A stretch of 64,000 nucleotides of DNA, from NCBI GenBank assembly GCA_964016885.1, contig OZ024747.1:17856001-17920000 (forward strand), in the 5' to 3' direction. The notes under the pieces were generated by a model. That model did not search any database. It worked only from the letters and a program-made list of their open reading frames with translations, and was not told the origin of the DNA. Below, in pieces: positions 41,498-54,846 of this stretch. The DNA comes from Eledone cirrhosa. Its lineage: Eukaryota. Made by a program: the position numbers and the translations under genes. Every line of letters begins with the position of its first letter. The stretch's first letter is position 1.

Positions 41498-42636
41498 TTA
41501 TAAGCCATATCTCATGGGGCCTGCTGCTTGAAAAAGTTTCCTATGTTTGTTCTAAAAATCATAATAAATGTTATTGTCCCTCCATAAAATATGTGGAGGT
41601 ACTCGCAGCCGTATGAAAATAGCAAATGCCTTAGAAAGAAACACGCCTCCCAAATTGTCAAGTGGTTCATCTCCTTTACGAAAGGAACAATTCAAGCTAA
41701 CACTTAAATTTAAAACTCTAAAATACACTATTTCTATTTTTAATCTTGAAGCCTCCATGTTTTATGTATGTATGTCGAAATAATATTTGTATTTAGCTGT
41801 ATCAGAAGGTAAAGAGTATATAGTTACGGCTTTTTATGTTTTGAGTTCAAATCCCGCCGAGGTTAGCTTTGCCTTTCATCCTTACAGGGTCGATAAAATA
41901 AAGTACCAGTAACGCACTGGGTCGATTTAATCGACTTTCATCAAATTGCTGCCCCCATGCCCATCATAAAAAGAATTACGTATGTTTTATAAATACATTA
42001 TGTTCAAAACGGTACGAAAGATAAAATTTACAATTTATGAATTTACTCTTTCTTTCTCTCTCTCTCTCTCATTGTTTTCTTTCTCTCTCTTTTTCTTTCT
42101 CTCTCTCTCATTTTTTCTTTCCCTTTCTCTCTTTCTGTTTTCTCACTCTCTCTCTTTCTTTCTCTCTTGTCTCTCTCCCTTTCTCTCTTTCTGTTTTGTC
42201 TCTCTCTCTCTCTATCTATCTATCTCTCACTTTCTCTCTCTCTCTCCCACTCTCTCTTTCACACACACGTACTATTTCTTTCTATCTCCCTCTCACACAT
42301 TCATTCCTTTCTTTATTTTAGTTGTTTTTGTTATATACATGATTCGTTCTATTCCACGTCTCTGTTAAAATTCCATTCTCATCTACCATGACTGATAAGA
42401 ACATTAAATTGGTCAGATACTTCATTATTGATACGTTCTTTTATCGTACGTGGAATAAATAAAAGCCAAAGTTGATCCTGAAGGATTCGAACTCAAAACA
42501 GAAAAGAGTTAAACATAACATGTATTTTACCTTAACCTCTTAAGGATTATGAAAATCCACCAAAGATATATTTGCACAAATTATAAAAATTAATTTTAGC
42601 TAATATTTCGAACTTATATAAATGTATGTGTGTGTG

Positions 42637-42673
<37 letters not shown>

Positions 42674-42988
42674 GTGGAACACTGGAAGGTAATATCCGGA
42701 GTGGTAGAGCACTCAGTCCAAGGGACGAGTTAGGTAGAAGTGGTTACACAACAGTTAGTTCACCATACCGAGAACAATTGTTTCACCTTCGCGGATCTTC
42801 AGCTCGGGATGTGTATGGTTATAGGAACAGGAAGGACAACCGTACGAACGCGCATGCGCAGAAACTCGGTCACCTCACAGGCAGTACTAGACTGCGTGCG
42901 GGAGGTGTAAGGGAGATAACTGCGAAAGTCCGGAAAGTTTTTAGGTTGAAAATAAAATTTAAAAAATAAAAAATTAAATTACAAAGAA

Positions 42989-43494
42989 TCAGTCCGGAGC
43001 TTTGTAGTTATGCAATAGATGTTTGGTGACGTGTGGACAACGTGTGAAAAATTTACTTCTCGTGTTTAGGCAATCACTATTGCGTAAACTCTTTAGGATA
43101 GTGATTCGTTCGTCGATACATAAGCCACACGTTGGATTTCCCCTTGTGTATGGCTTGGACTTAGTGATGGCTTTCCATTGAATGGAGTAGCCTATACTTG
43201 AGTCCTTGAGGGACCATACGTGGCTCGCGAGTTTCGTGGATGAACGTCTGTCCGGGTATCTGAAGGTAGACTGGTGGTTCAGGAAACGCTCCTTGAATCG
43301 GCCTCCGCCATGCCCACATAGGATTTTACCTCCTGTGGTTCGTTTGGTCGGTTGGAAGTGACCACAGCTTCATAGATTACAGCTGGCGTGTTGCATTGCT
43401 GTTGAAGGGGGCAAGCTTCAGGCTTACGGCAAGAGCACCCTGGTGGGGTGTTGCTCCTAGGGCTGCTGGCGATGTGGGCCTTCATGTTCTTAGC
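42989..43494 (-). pseudogene. PLE C-terminal GIY-YIG endonuclease domain, one frameshift near 43300
   Basis: CSCRKPEACPLQQQCNTPAVIYEAVV...KSYVGMAE, then after a frameshift RFKERFLNHQSTFRY...TKLASHVWSLKDSSIGYSIQWKAITKSKPYTRGNPTCGLCIDERITIL...LNTRSKFFTRCPH...APD*. Shows VIY/YVG motifs, catalytic R and E, the conserved N, CxxC and CxH. Confidence 0.85.
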
Positions 43495-43953
43495 GCTAAG
43501 AACATGAAGGCCCACATCACCAGCAGCCCTGGCAGCAACACCCCACCAGGGTGCTCTTGCCGTAAGCCTGAAGCTTGCCTCCTTCAACAGCAATGCAACA
43601 CACCAACTGTAATCCAAGCCATACGCAAGGGGAAATCCGACGTGTGGCTTATGTATCGACGAACGAATAACTATCCTAAAGAGTTTACGCAATAGTGATT
43701 GCCTAAACACGAGAAGTGGATTTTTCACACGCTGTCCACACGTCACCAAACATCTATTGCATAACTACAAGGCTCCGGACTGATTCTTTGTAATTTTATT
43801 TTTAATTTTTTTAATTTTATTTTCAACCTAAAAACTTTCCGGACTTTCGCAGTTATCTCTCTTACACCTCCCGCACGCAGTCTCTGTGTGAGCTGACCGA
43901 GTTTCTGCGCAGCGCGTTCGTACGGTTGTCCTTCCTGTTCCTATAACCATACA

Positions 43954-44001
43954 CATCCCGAGCTGAAGATCCGCGAAGGTGAAACAATTGTTCTCGGTAT
44001 G
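43954..44001 (+). ncRNA. Minimal type I hammerhead ribozyme motif (mirror copy on - strand at 42764-42811)
   Basis: ccgag-CTGAAGA-t cc gcgaa gg t-GAAAC-aatt-GTT-ctcgg. Stem I ccgag/ctcgg, short stem II, palindromic stem III (ACAATTGT), GUU triplet. Confidence 0.75.
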
Positions 44002-44025
44002 GTGAACTAACTTTTGTGTAACCAC

Positions 44026-44078
<53 letters not shown>

Positions 44079-44082
<4 letters not shown>

Positions 44083-44271
44083 GAAGGAAGTGTGGTAAGG
44101 AACCAGATGGACCATAACGCCCCAGAGTACTCAATACTTAGGGTAATAGACTGGGTAATATGAAAATGTTTAACACCGACGGCAGAGCTCAAGCCGTTTC
44201 GACGGCTATTTCTGGAGTCCAGAAATAGCCGTCGAAACGGCTTGAACTCTGCCGCCGGAGTTAAACATTTT

Positions 44272-44313
<42 letters not shown>

Positions 44314-44618
44314 ATATGAAACGGAGAATCAGTGGTGCGACGAATTAAAATTTATTAGTGCTCAAACGGCCTATCGCATACGGACCCTTTAAGCATCCCA
44401 CACCAATTATATATATAAACAAAGAAGGGGTAGTAAGATACCAGGTGGACCAAAACGCACCAGAGTACTCGATACTTAGGGTAATAGAGTGGGTAATAAA
44501 AAAAGAGCCAGCTCCGGCCATTTCGACAGCTAGATCCGAACTCAGTCGTTCTTCCTCTCACTTTCAACTAGCTTTCAACTGTCGAAACGGCCGGAGTTCA
44601 GCCGTCAGGGTCCTGACT

Positions 44619-44622
<4 letters not shown>
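44079..44622. mobile_element. Three further short TA-inserted PLE-terminus fragments (44079-44273, 44311-44410, 44418-44622); related fragment at 4438-4487
   Basis: Separated by TA tracts. 44162-44272 is a palindrome centred on tctggagtccaga. The tail cagagtactcratacttagggtaatagas occurs at 44122 and 44461. Hammerhead 3' halves read GAAACGGC...GCCGTC. Confidence 0.62.
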
Positions 44623-44653
<31 letters not shown>

Positions 44654-45473
44654 CATACATACATACATACATACATACATACATACATACATACATACAT
44701 ACACACATGGTGGCTGCCAACTCGTTTTCGAGTACGGCCACTACTTTATATCCATGTAGGAGAACCCCTACCGATTCGCTGAACAAGTGTGACTTTTTAG
44801 TCCAGCCAGCGACTTGAAAATTTTGGTACAAACACTACACTTGTGACAATTATTGACACATAGTGCTGGGCCCATGGTACCATGTGACAACAAGTGCAGA
44901 GAGATCTCCAGATAAAGTAATGCCTGTGCCGTGAAGCTTTTATAGTGAGCAAAGGCACTGCACAAAGCCAGTCCCACTCTCTTAACCAAGATGATATTTA
45001 CCAAAAAGAAGAACAAGTCAACATCATTGGATACCATCAGAGTTGCAGGTGTTATATCAGAATTTTCCTTCTCCTAGAACTCTGCCTTGACAAAGGCTAA
45101 GGAGTCATCATACATACATACATATATATATATGATGGCTGCCCCCTCGTTATCGAGTATGGCCATTGCATGATATACCATTATTAATAATTATTAATTA
45201 ATTCTATCGTGCAATGCCTGTGCGTGAAGATATTTTTTAAAGTGATGAAAGACTGTGCACTGAGCCAATCCCACTCTCTGAGCAACAGTAGCTATAACCC
45301 GAAAAGAAGAAGAGATCAACATCATCGGTAACTACTGAGCCGCAGGTTTTATATCAGAGTTATCCCAGTTTCCTGAGTTGCCTTCTCCTAGAAGAATGTC
45401 CTGACAAATCACAAATAAATTAATCAAAATTTGGCAAAAGATCAGGTACCATTCTATTCCATTTTATTTTTGG

Positions 45474-45590
45474 CCACATCCAATTCTATTCTATAATCCA
45501 CATCCAATTCTAATCTATAATCCACATCCAATTCTATTCTGTAATCCACATCCAATTCTATTCTATAACCCACATCTAATTCTAATCTAT
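45474..45590. repeat. 24-bp tandem repeat x~5
   Basis: Unit ccacatccaattctattctataat. Confidence 0.85.
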
Positions 45591-46704
45591 TGCTGGAGCC
45601 ATTCTAATATGTGGCCTCATGCCAATGTTAGAATGCCTTATTATGGTAGTGGAGGTTATGGAATGGCAGAAACACTAGAGTGTTAGAAATGATACTTTGC
45701 TGTGTTAATAGAGAATAAATGGAAATAAAGTCTCAGAGCAGGGATAAAAAGGTCTCAATGCTGGTTAGAAAAATACCATATATCATTGTATTCATCATAT
45801 TATCACGTTCACACACAAATTTTTCAAAATGGCTGCCAACGACCTGTTGCACTATCATTTTCGCGCCATTTTCTCGCGCAATAGAAATTTTTTTTTTTTT
45901 CAACTTAACCTTGTTTCGGCACGTGTAGGCAGCACACATCTCGACTCACTGAGATACCACACGCCATGGATAATGTTTCTCGCCAAGGATTCTCCAGCTT
46001 TAAGCTATATTCTCCTATTTGCCGGTTTAAAAATTTACCACGTAAATTTGCCGTTGAAAACTGCGCATTTATTCAAAATGCTTATTTCTTTGGTCGCTGG
46101 CCTCTTGACCCTTCCAGGTCAACGCATTCTCAACATCGACCATCAACTTTGGCTATTATTTCTAGCACTTTGCGCAACTCATTTTTTCTTTGAAAATTTT
46201 TACTGTGAATTTAAACATCGAATACGCTCACTCCGCGAGACAACAACATCAACAGCAACACAGCTTCATCAACAACCAAAACCAGAGATTTTATTTTTGC
46301 AGCACTCTTCCTGTGAGAAAATCCCTTCGGAGGTTGGAAATTTCACGTTATACCACAGACCAGAAACCACCTGCATTCATTCTCTGGAACACACTTTCTG
46401 TCCTGCTGTCATGTGATTGCACACCTGTGAACTGTATTTTGAAATTTGAACTTTGACCTCTTCTTTTACTTTGATTACATTGTATCTTTGAGTGACGGAT
46501 AGATAGATGTCCAGTCGTTCTCTGGCCAAGAGCGGTTGGCTACCTTGATATCTATCATTGATTTTTGCATGCATATATTTTGCTGTTTTCCTTTTATTGC
46601 AAACTTTATTTTTTTCTTAATTTTCATGCCTGTTACATGCTCGCCATCTTACTCCATACATGTTTCATTCGATGTTTATGTTTTAAAAATCTGGCGGGAG
46701 ATAA

Positions 46705-47218
46705 TGTAGCAAGAGTTGCCTCCCTTGTTGTGACGATCACATCACCAATAGAGTAACGCTCTCTAGACAGGAAGTAGCTGGAGTTGCTTCCCGTTGGGGT
46801 GACAGAGCCCTTTTTGTCACTTCCGTCCCAGGACCTATAAAGGGAATAACTTTCAGCTCTCTACCTCTCATTTGCCTTTCGGCTCCTGGCCTTCTAACCT
46901 GCCTGGCCTTTCGGCCAGACACGTTCGTCGGACCTATAAAGGGAATAACTTTCAGCTCTCTACCTCGCATTTGCCTTTCGGCTCCTGGCCTTTTAACCTG
47001 CCTTGCCCTTCGGCCAGGCGCGTTCGTCTGGCAACCCTAACATGGCCTTTTGCGAGCTAACTTCAAAACGGTAACAAATAACTTTACTTCATTCTTTTAT
47101 CTACTTTCATTGACTTGTCAACCATTCTGTTCTACATAACTGCAACTTGTTAATTAAACTTTATATACACAACCTAGTGTCTTGTTGTATTCATACACAC
47201 CAGTATTCTGTTATATCA
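46705..47218 (+). mobile_element. Possible LTR (solo or 3') with internal 99-bp tandem duplication
   Basis: TG...CA bounded GC-richer block. TATAAA is duplicated (46831-46929/46930-47028), ATTAAA lies near 47152, and a purine-rich stretch precedes it. No TSD confirmed. Confidence 0.45.
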
Positions 47219-48069
47219 TTATCTGAGTACCATAAATAATAGTTATGGTAATTAAACATATTTTAAGGGGATTATTAACTGACAATAAATGACTTGTACT
47301 CAATGACAACACAATTTATATATTTTCTGTCATGTCTTTTTGAGACATATATTTCCCATTAGGTTTTAGGTTTGACTTATGGGACATCTGGGTCCAAGGA
47401 TTTTTATAAGCTGAAGTTCTGCATGTGTTGAAATATCATTGGCCACTTTTTTTAAATGTGTAAAATATAACAATTGTCATTAACAGTGTCCCATTATAAT
47501 TGTGAAATGTTACCCATTTTCCAGCTATTTAGAATGTCTGGCATAGTAAATATTGTCAAACAAAGCTGCCCTACATCCTTAAGAGATATCCATATGTTAA
47601 ACAAACACTCAAATGTTTTCCTTTAGTCATTGTACTTCCCCTGACTTTCAATATCCTGTTTTTAATATGTACTACTTTAATTTCTATAGGACCACTCTGT
47701 TTATCTAAACATAACACAGTAGGCTACAGTATTTTTGTTACATTAGTCATAACTATGACAACAGTTGGGTGCACCTTATAAATATGTTGGGTGCAGATTA
47801 TAAATATGTTAAATAAAGCTAATATGTATAAGTATGTAATATATATATATATATAATCATCATCATCGTTTAACGTTCATTTTCCATGATAGCATGGGTT
47901 AGATAGGTTGTCCCATTTGAGGCAAGTTGGATCAGGTGACTGTTTCTGACTAGGTTTCTACAGTTGGATGCCCTTTCTAACATCAACCACATTTACAGTG
48001 TCTGGTGAGTGCTTTCTGTTGTGACACCTACAAGACCACTTTACAGTGTGGACTGGATATATATACATA

Positions 48070-48465
48070 TATCATCATCATCGTTTAACGTCCATCTTCC
48101 ACGCTTGCATGGGTTTGGACAGGAGTTTTCCCACTTGAAGCAAGAGTGGTTGTCTTGCTCGCATAGGACTGTCTGGTGGGTTTTCTACGGCTGGATGCCC
48201 TTCCTAACACCAACCACGTTTACAGTGTGGACTGGGAGGTTTTTACCGTGTTACCTACACGGCCACATTACAGCGTGGACTGTGTGTTTTTTTATCGTGA
48301 CACCTACACAACATCATTTGTTTCGGACTGGATATTGTGGTACCAACATAACTTTACATTGAAAGGGGTGGGGTGGGCGTAGTGGGACGGGGGTGTATTT
48401 TTGTTAGAGGTGCCTACTGACTGTAGTAGGTTTCACTTTGTACTTAGGTAAGGCGGATCTTCTGT
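48070..48465 (-). mobile_element. 5'-truncated copy of the same RTE 3' UTR
   Basis: Colinear and highly similar to 63398-63800. It breaks off just inside the ORF end. Confidence 0.8.
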
Positions 48466-48686
48466 ATTAATATATATATATAATATATATATTAAAACTC
48501 GCCCTATGGATATGAGTTGCTCTATACCTTGCATATCTTTACCAAACTATTACTACTATATATATATATATATATCATTTTTATAATTCTTCGGCTCTGT
48601 TTAATTACATTGAGCTATATCTTATACTGTCATTTCTATAATATGAAGAGTGTGTTTAACTCCAACACACTCTAGTATTTCAATTC

Positions 48687-48739
<53 letters not shown>

Positions 48740-50664
48740 AAATTATCTGAAACGAAAGGAGCTGTGTGGTTACTAAAAACAAGGCTTAGGATGGTGGATA
48801 GGATGGAACAAGAGGAGAAAGGAAGAATGGAGTTTCCTTCGTCAGCTGTAAATGTTTCCTGATCCGATGTTTCGGCACTGAATTACAGGACATTGGTGGA
48901 GTTCGGGTGCACCCGAGGCCTTTTATTAATCAAAAGGCCAGGAGGAAAAGGAGATATATATATATATATAGTAGTGAAACATGGCCAGTGACTGCAGAGA
49001 ATATGCAAAGGGAGGAAAGAAATGAAGTAAGCAAGCTTTGAGGGATGCGCAATGTTAATGTGCAAGAATGACAAAGCATGGATGAACTGAGAGAGTAACT
49101 AAGTATAGTAGCAATCGAGTGTAGTGTGTATAAAAGAAGACTGAACTAGTATGAGCATTGTAAGAGTTGGTACCAGGAAGGGCTTCTAGTCATAAAACAA
49201 TGCCTCAAAAAGGACTTTAAGGTGAGTATAATGACATATGAGATGGGTACAGCATGAAGTATCTCATGGGGTATCCCATCTCATTTCATCAAAACACAAG
49301 GTGGGAAACCTGATCAAAACAAAGAGGGAGTTCAATCCATTTATGAGGGTTAAGTGCCTGTCCTTCCTTGTTGAGACTAACTAGTATATGAGGTTTAGGA
49401 TATGGAATACAGGGATGATGATTGGAAAATCAGGAGAAATGGTGGAGGCACTGGTGGAGGAAAAATGGACATATGCTGCATGTAGGAGACAAGATGAAAG
49501 GAAAGTCATGTGGGAATGTTGAACTGGGAAAACAAGAACAGAAGTATAAGTTTGTGAGTCAAAGATGTCTGGAAGGTGTGCATATGGGATTAGTGTAACT
49601 AAAGTGAGTGATGAGGGCTGATGATGGTGAAACTGGTAACTGGAAAGTTCTTGATGAACATTATCTCAGGCATGCCACACAGGCAAGCCATATTTAGACA
49701 GATAGATTGGGAGATACCAATTAGACTACTAAGACCATATTTAGCTAACTACTCAATACTTTGGAAAGTAAAGTGTAAGGATAGTTAAAAGTCAGTGCCT
49801 AACAGCTGAGCTCACGTCATTTCACGGTGAGTGGATAACTGATTATCCATTCAAGGTTGAAACAGCATGTACTAGGTGTGTTTATTGTGTAGGTCACCAG
49901 CACGAAGAAGGTGTCTTCATGTCTTTAATTTGATTAAAGGGTCCGCCCAACCCCATTTGTTTGACAAGTTTTCTATGGCTTGAGACCCTTCCTATTACCA
50001 ACCACTTTATAGTGTATACTGGGTGTGTTTACTGTGTAGATCACCAACACAAGAGTGTTGCACTGTTGACACAACCAAATGTCCCCCCCCCCCAAAAAAA
50101 AAACACTTTTTGGCATGGTTTCTACAGCAGGTTGCCCTTCCTGACACCAGCCACCTTACAGAGTGTACCGGGTGCATTTTGGAGCATATTGTTGGTTATA
50201 CTCACAAAACTCAGATTAGCAACACAGAGAAACCTCAGTAATAAAAGAAAAATACATATACATATATATTTGTGTGTGTGTATAGATATATAGATATAGA
50301 TAGATAGACAGCACGTGCATCATTCATCATTTCATTTCATTTTATGTCCGCTTTTTCCCTGCTTGCAAGGGTGGGACGGGAACTGATTCTGGCTTGATTT
50401 CTACAGCTGGATGCCCTTCCTAACACCAACCTCATTTACAGTGAGTGCTGGGTGCTTTTTTTGCCGTGGCACCTGCACGACCACTTTGCAGTGGAATGAT
50501 ATGGACCCCAGTCCCTATCATCTCATTTCTACAGCTGAGTAAACTGGAGCAATGTGAAATAAAGTGTCTTGCTCAAGGAAACAACACATCACCCGGTCTG
50601 AGAATTGAACTCACAACCTTTCGATTGCAAGGCCAATGCTCTAACCACTAAGCCATGTGCCTCC

Positions 50665-50705
<41 letters not shown>

Positions 50706-51667
50706 TATATAGTGATTGTGTATATATATATGCATATGTGTTTGTGTGTAGAATATCTATATACACGTATATATTTACATTCAGTAAGTTTCACCAAAAA
50801 CTGATATCATATGACATAACTAATACTAGTATATTTATTCAAGATAAATTCAAATACCTTCATTATTCAGTTTCAAGTGGTTTCACAAACAGCTCAACTT
50901 CTCACAGAACCAACTAGTCTGAACATAGGCAGTTTTGTATCCTTGTTGTATGTATACTTTTGATATATATTACTATATTTTGAACTGTATTTATGCTTGA
51001 ACTATGTGTGGATAAGTATATATATATATATGTTGTTGTTGTTGTTGTTGCATCTCCATTGCTTTTGCTCTAGCTGATTGAATCCATGGGACTACCTAGT
51101 CATACAATTCCACAGACTCTTGGAGATTCAGTATGATACTGAAGTTTTATAGAATACTTTAATCGTTTCATCGTTGCTTACTTTAGAATTTTTTGCCTTA
51201 ATTCTATTGATACTAAATCATCTGAAAATGCCCCTGGTTCTACTATTTTTTGTAAAGATTTTATATTTAATTAAAGCCTTCTAGCATAGTTTTATGTAAG
51301 GAACTTTTTGGGGGTATGTTTCAAATACTATCTTTAATAATGAGAAAATTATTTGTGATACTAAATCTCTTTAAATTCTTGGTTATTTTTAAACTTCTTT
51401 GAAACATAACATATTTTATTAGAAATATTACAACAAACGATTTAATGTATTTATGTACATAAATACATAATATATTTTGATCGATAACTACATACAGTGT
51501 GTGTGTTTGTGTGTGTGTGTGTGTGTGTTATTCTACTCCTTTCTGTCATTAGACTGCAGCCATGTTGGAGGACAGTTTGATTTAATCAATCATATAAAAC
51601 CCAGTGTTTATTTCTTCAAGTCTTTAATTTATTTTATCGCTCTACGTAATGGGGTATATGTATCTAT

Positions 51668-51699
<32 letters not shown>

Positions 51700-53699
51700 G
51701 ACTTAGTTGTTGAAGACCCATTCACCCCTTGCTAGCAGAGAAAACAGATGTTAAAAGATGAGGAAGATGATAATATATACATATATATATGATCATCATT
51801 GTTTTCCCTGCTAGCAAGGGTTGGACAGGTCTACATAGACCAAGCCAGAACTGAAGCAGAGCTGATCTCCTAGACAGCCCAGGCACTTGTGTAATGCTTA
51901 TGCATGGTCTTATATTCTACTGAGTACACAGAACAGGTTGCCATGTCCTTGATAAGACTGAGGAGTCCTCCCAACCGTTTCTTGGCAAGCTTTCTATGGC
52001 TGGATACTTTTTCTATTATCAACCACTTGTACTGGGTTCATTTATCATGTAGATGACCATATCTACAGAGGCTGCCATGTCCTTGACATGACTGATGGGT
52101 TCTCCCAGTCCTTTGTTTGGCAAGTTTACTATTGCTGGATGCATGTATCATTTAATAGAATCCTTTTGATCATAGGACTGCTCAGTCAAGCCTGGGGGAC
52201 CTGGGCCTAAACAACAACAAAATCAACAACAAAAGCAGCAACAACATTTAACTTGTCGTCTTATCCTCAACCCTCTGCCTAATCCATTTATCTAAAACTG
52301 ATATAAAATCAAACCTTATCTCCTTCTAGCTTTACAAAATTAATACAATTAATGTTCTCATTTAACCCTTTAGTATTCACATTACTCTATATATACTATT
52401 ATATTTTCATGGTAAAGGCTTTACCTCACATAATTATCTCACATAATATCGAATCTATGAGATTTTGAAAGTATTTATTTTGAGAACAATACCTTAACAT
52501 CAGTTTGAGCGACCAGTTACAGCCAGTTTCAACAGAAAGAGGTAGAGAATTATGGCCAGTTTTGGTCGGTTTGAACATTAAAGAGTTAAGGAACATATAA
52601 AAATAAATATATATATATACCAGTGAATATATACAAAAGTAAATGTATTTTTTCACACTTAATCAGGGATGTAGGGGCAACATACCTGACCACTTTTTTC
52701 AGGCCCTTCAAGATGGTAGGGAAAGGAAGTTATCCTTTTCAAACTGAAAACTTGGCTCAAATACTTATAACAGTATGGACTTCACTAAATGCACTGAAAG
52801 ACCAGTTGGTGGTGTTAAACTGGGCACAAATTAGGTCTGCCACCCTGTATGTATGTTTTTTCCATGCTGGAGGCCACAGTTTTCCATCTGAATTTACAAA
52901 TGATAAGCATATATATATGTGTGTGTGTGTGTATATACATATATATATATATATATGTATGTATAACTCTCATTATTTTCATTTTTTAACTATAGACTTC
53001 TGTATCTATCCATTGTGATCCGGTCTCTATTTTTTGTACTCCCGAAGAACTAAAGCCCGACATGTTGAACTTTCTTTCCTCTTTTCCATATAAAGTGTGA
53101 AACTAATAAGACTTTTTATACCTATGTTTTATTGTTTTATCCTTGAATTATATATATATACATATGTGTGTGTGTGTGTGTAATGTTATAGCTTCTGTAG
53201 ACAAGATAAAGGAAAAAAGAGTGCTCCATGTTAAGTACAGAGCTCAAGTATATTCTTATAAATATATTCTCAACACAGTTGCATGCTACTTAAGGTTTCA
53301 AAGCCCACTATACCATAGGTCTTAGAGATATATATCAGCTAGGGTTACTTATCTTTCATACATATAGACCATCTCAAGGGTAAGTGTCAAGAAGGGCATC
53401 CAGTTGTAAAACATTGCCTCAAAAAGTACCATCTAACCCATGCCAGCATCGAAAAGTTAATAAAAAATGATGACTATGTTGATAATAATCAAGGACATGA
53501 CAATCTCTCTAGTGCTGGTGCCATGATAAAATGTATTTTGTAGAATGTGGAACAGTATATAAGCAAGATGTGAACCCCTAGCCTGTCTGGGAGGTCAGTG
53601 ACCTCACTTTTAGTATAGACTCAATCTGTGAAGACCTTATTAGCAGGGAAAGTAGACGTTATAAAATGATGATAATGAGGAAAGGAGGAGGGGGGGGGG

Positions 53700-53745
<46 letters not shown>

Positions 53746-54658
53746 ATCTTTGTCTGATAAAACATACATGAGTTTATTATTAAACACCAGATGTTTGTCT
53801 CACTATAGCATGCTAGGGCAATTTTCAATGTTTATTGTTGGTGGGGTGTTTTTTTTGGCTGCTGTTGTTGTTACTGCTGCTGCTGAAGGTGGTATTAAAG
53901 TTGATCACATGTCTAAGGCATTCACTATGTGTATTCAGTGATTTATCTACAGAGATAATAACATTTTCAGCGAGTTGATACTGGTTTCTACCTGATACAA
54001 AAGTCTTAAAATGTTTTAACCCTATAATACAACAAACAAACATATTTTCACTGTTAAAGCTGGGGTTGGCATTGCAGGTTCCTTAACAGGCTTCATATTC
54101 ATCATGGAATCCTGGTGTCAACTCTTTTACCCACATCTTACAACACAGGGATATGGTGCATCTATTCTATATATTGTTAAAAATTCTGTTTTGGTTACTG
54201 GTGACATCACTAGGTAGATAGTAATGTTTGTTCAGTTCGGGTGGTGGTGTCATAACTAGTAGGTAGTAAATTGGTCAAATTAACTTAGATTAAAGGGTGT
54301 ATAACAGTAGTAGGCCAGCCAACAGATAGTAGCTGGTCATCAGTTGTTGCCAATTACAAGCAGTGACATGACATCTAACAATCCAATCAACAACTGGCTG
54401 ACCATTCTTGATAGAGGTCAAGCTGTTTGTTTATTTATTTATTTGTTTATTTGATTTGTTTATTTGCAGTATTTTTTCCTCTGTGTTCTAGATTCATCCC
54501 CACCCCACCCCACAGAGTTGAAGTCAATAAATAAAATACTGGATCAGTGGTTTGATGATATTGTTAGAGTGGTATCTATTGGTATCTGTTCCATGTCTTT
54601 CACTGGCATCCTTGTTTATTTTAACCCTTTAACATTGAGATTACTCTATATATACTAT

Positions 54659-54846
54659 AGGCGGTGGATTGGCAGTATCGGTAGAGGGTCGGACGCCATG
54701 CTTTGACGTATAGAGTTACGGCCCTTGCCATTCTGAGTTCAAATCCCGCCGAGGTTAACTTTGCCTTTCATCCTTACGGGGTCGATAAAATAAAGTACCA
54801 GTAATGCACTGGGTAATTGCTGGCCTTGTGCCAAAAGTAGAAACAA
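54659..54846 (+). mobile_element. Young ~190-bp tRNA-derived SINE (family A) with 19-bp TSD, nested in a piggyBac-type MITE
   Basis: ggcggtggattggcagtatcggtagag...gagttcaaatcccgccgagg...gcctttcatccttacggggtcgataaaataaagtacc...gtagaaaca. TSD attactctatatatactat at 54640-54658/54846-54864. Confidence 0.9.

Larger units (their letters stand above)
42671..44029 (-). mobile_element. Penelope-like element (PLE), 5'-truncated with inverted duplication, inserted in (TA)n
   Basis: Flanked by (TA)n on both sides. Contains a GIY-YIG pseudo-ORF and a hammerhead fold in the 3' region. Inverted arms at 42735-43159/43613-44030 and 43375-43494/43495-43613. Confidence 0.88.

Noticed and set aside
45829-46416. 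195-aa ORF
   Set aside because: No recognisable domain. It may be UTR, promoter or TE-internal sequence.
48740-48955. TA-flanked insert with CTGACGA and GAAAC on the minus strand
   Set aside because: I could not build the three hammerhead stems. It may be a related insert but is unsupported.
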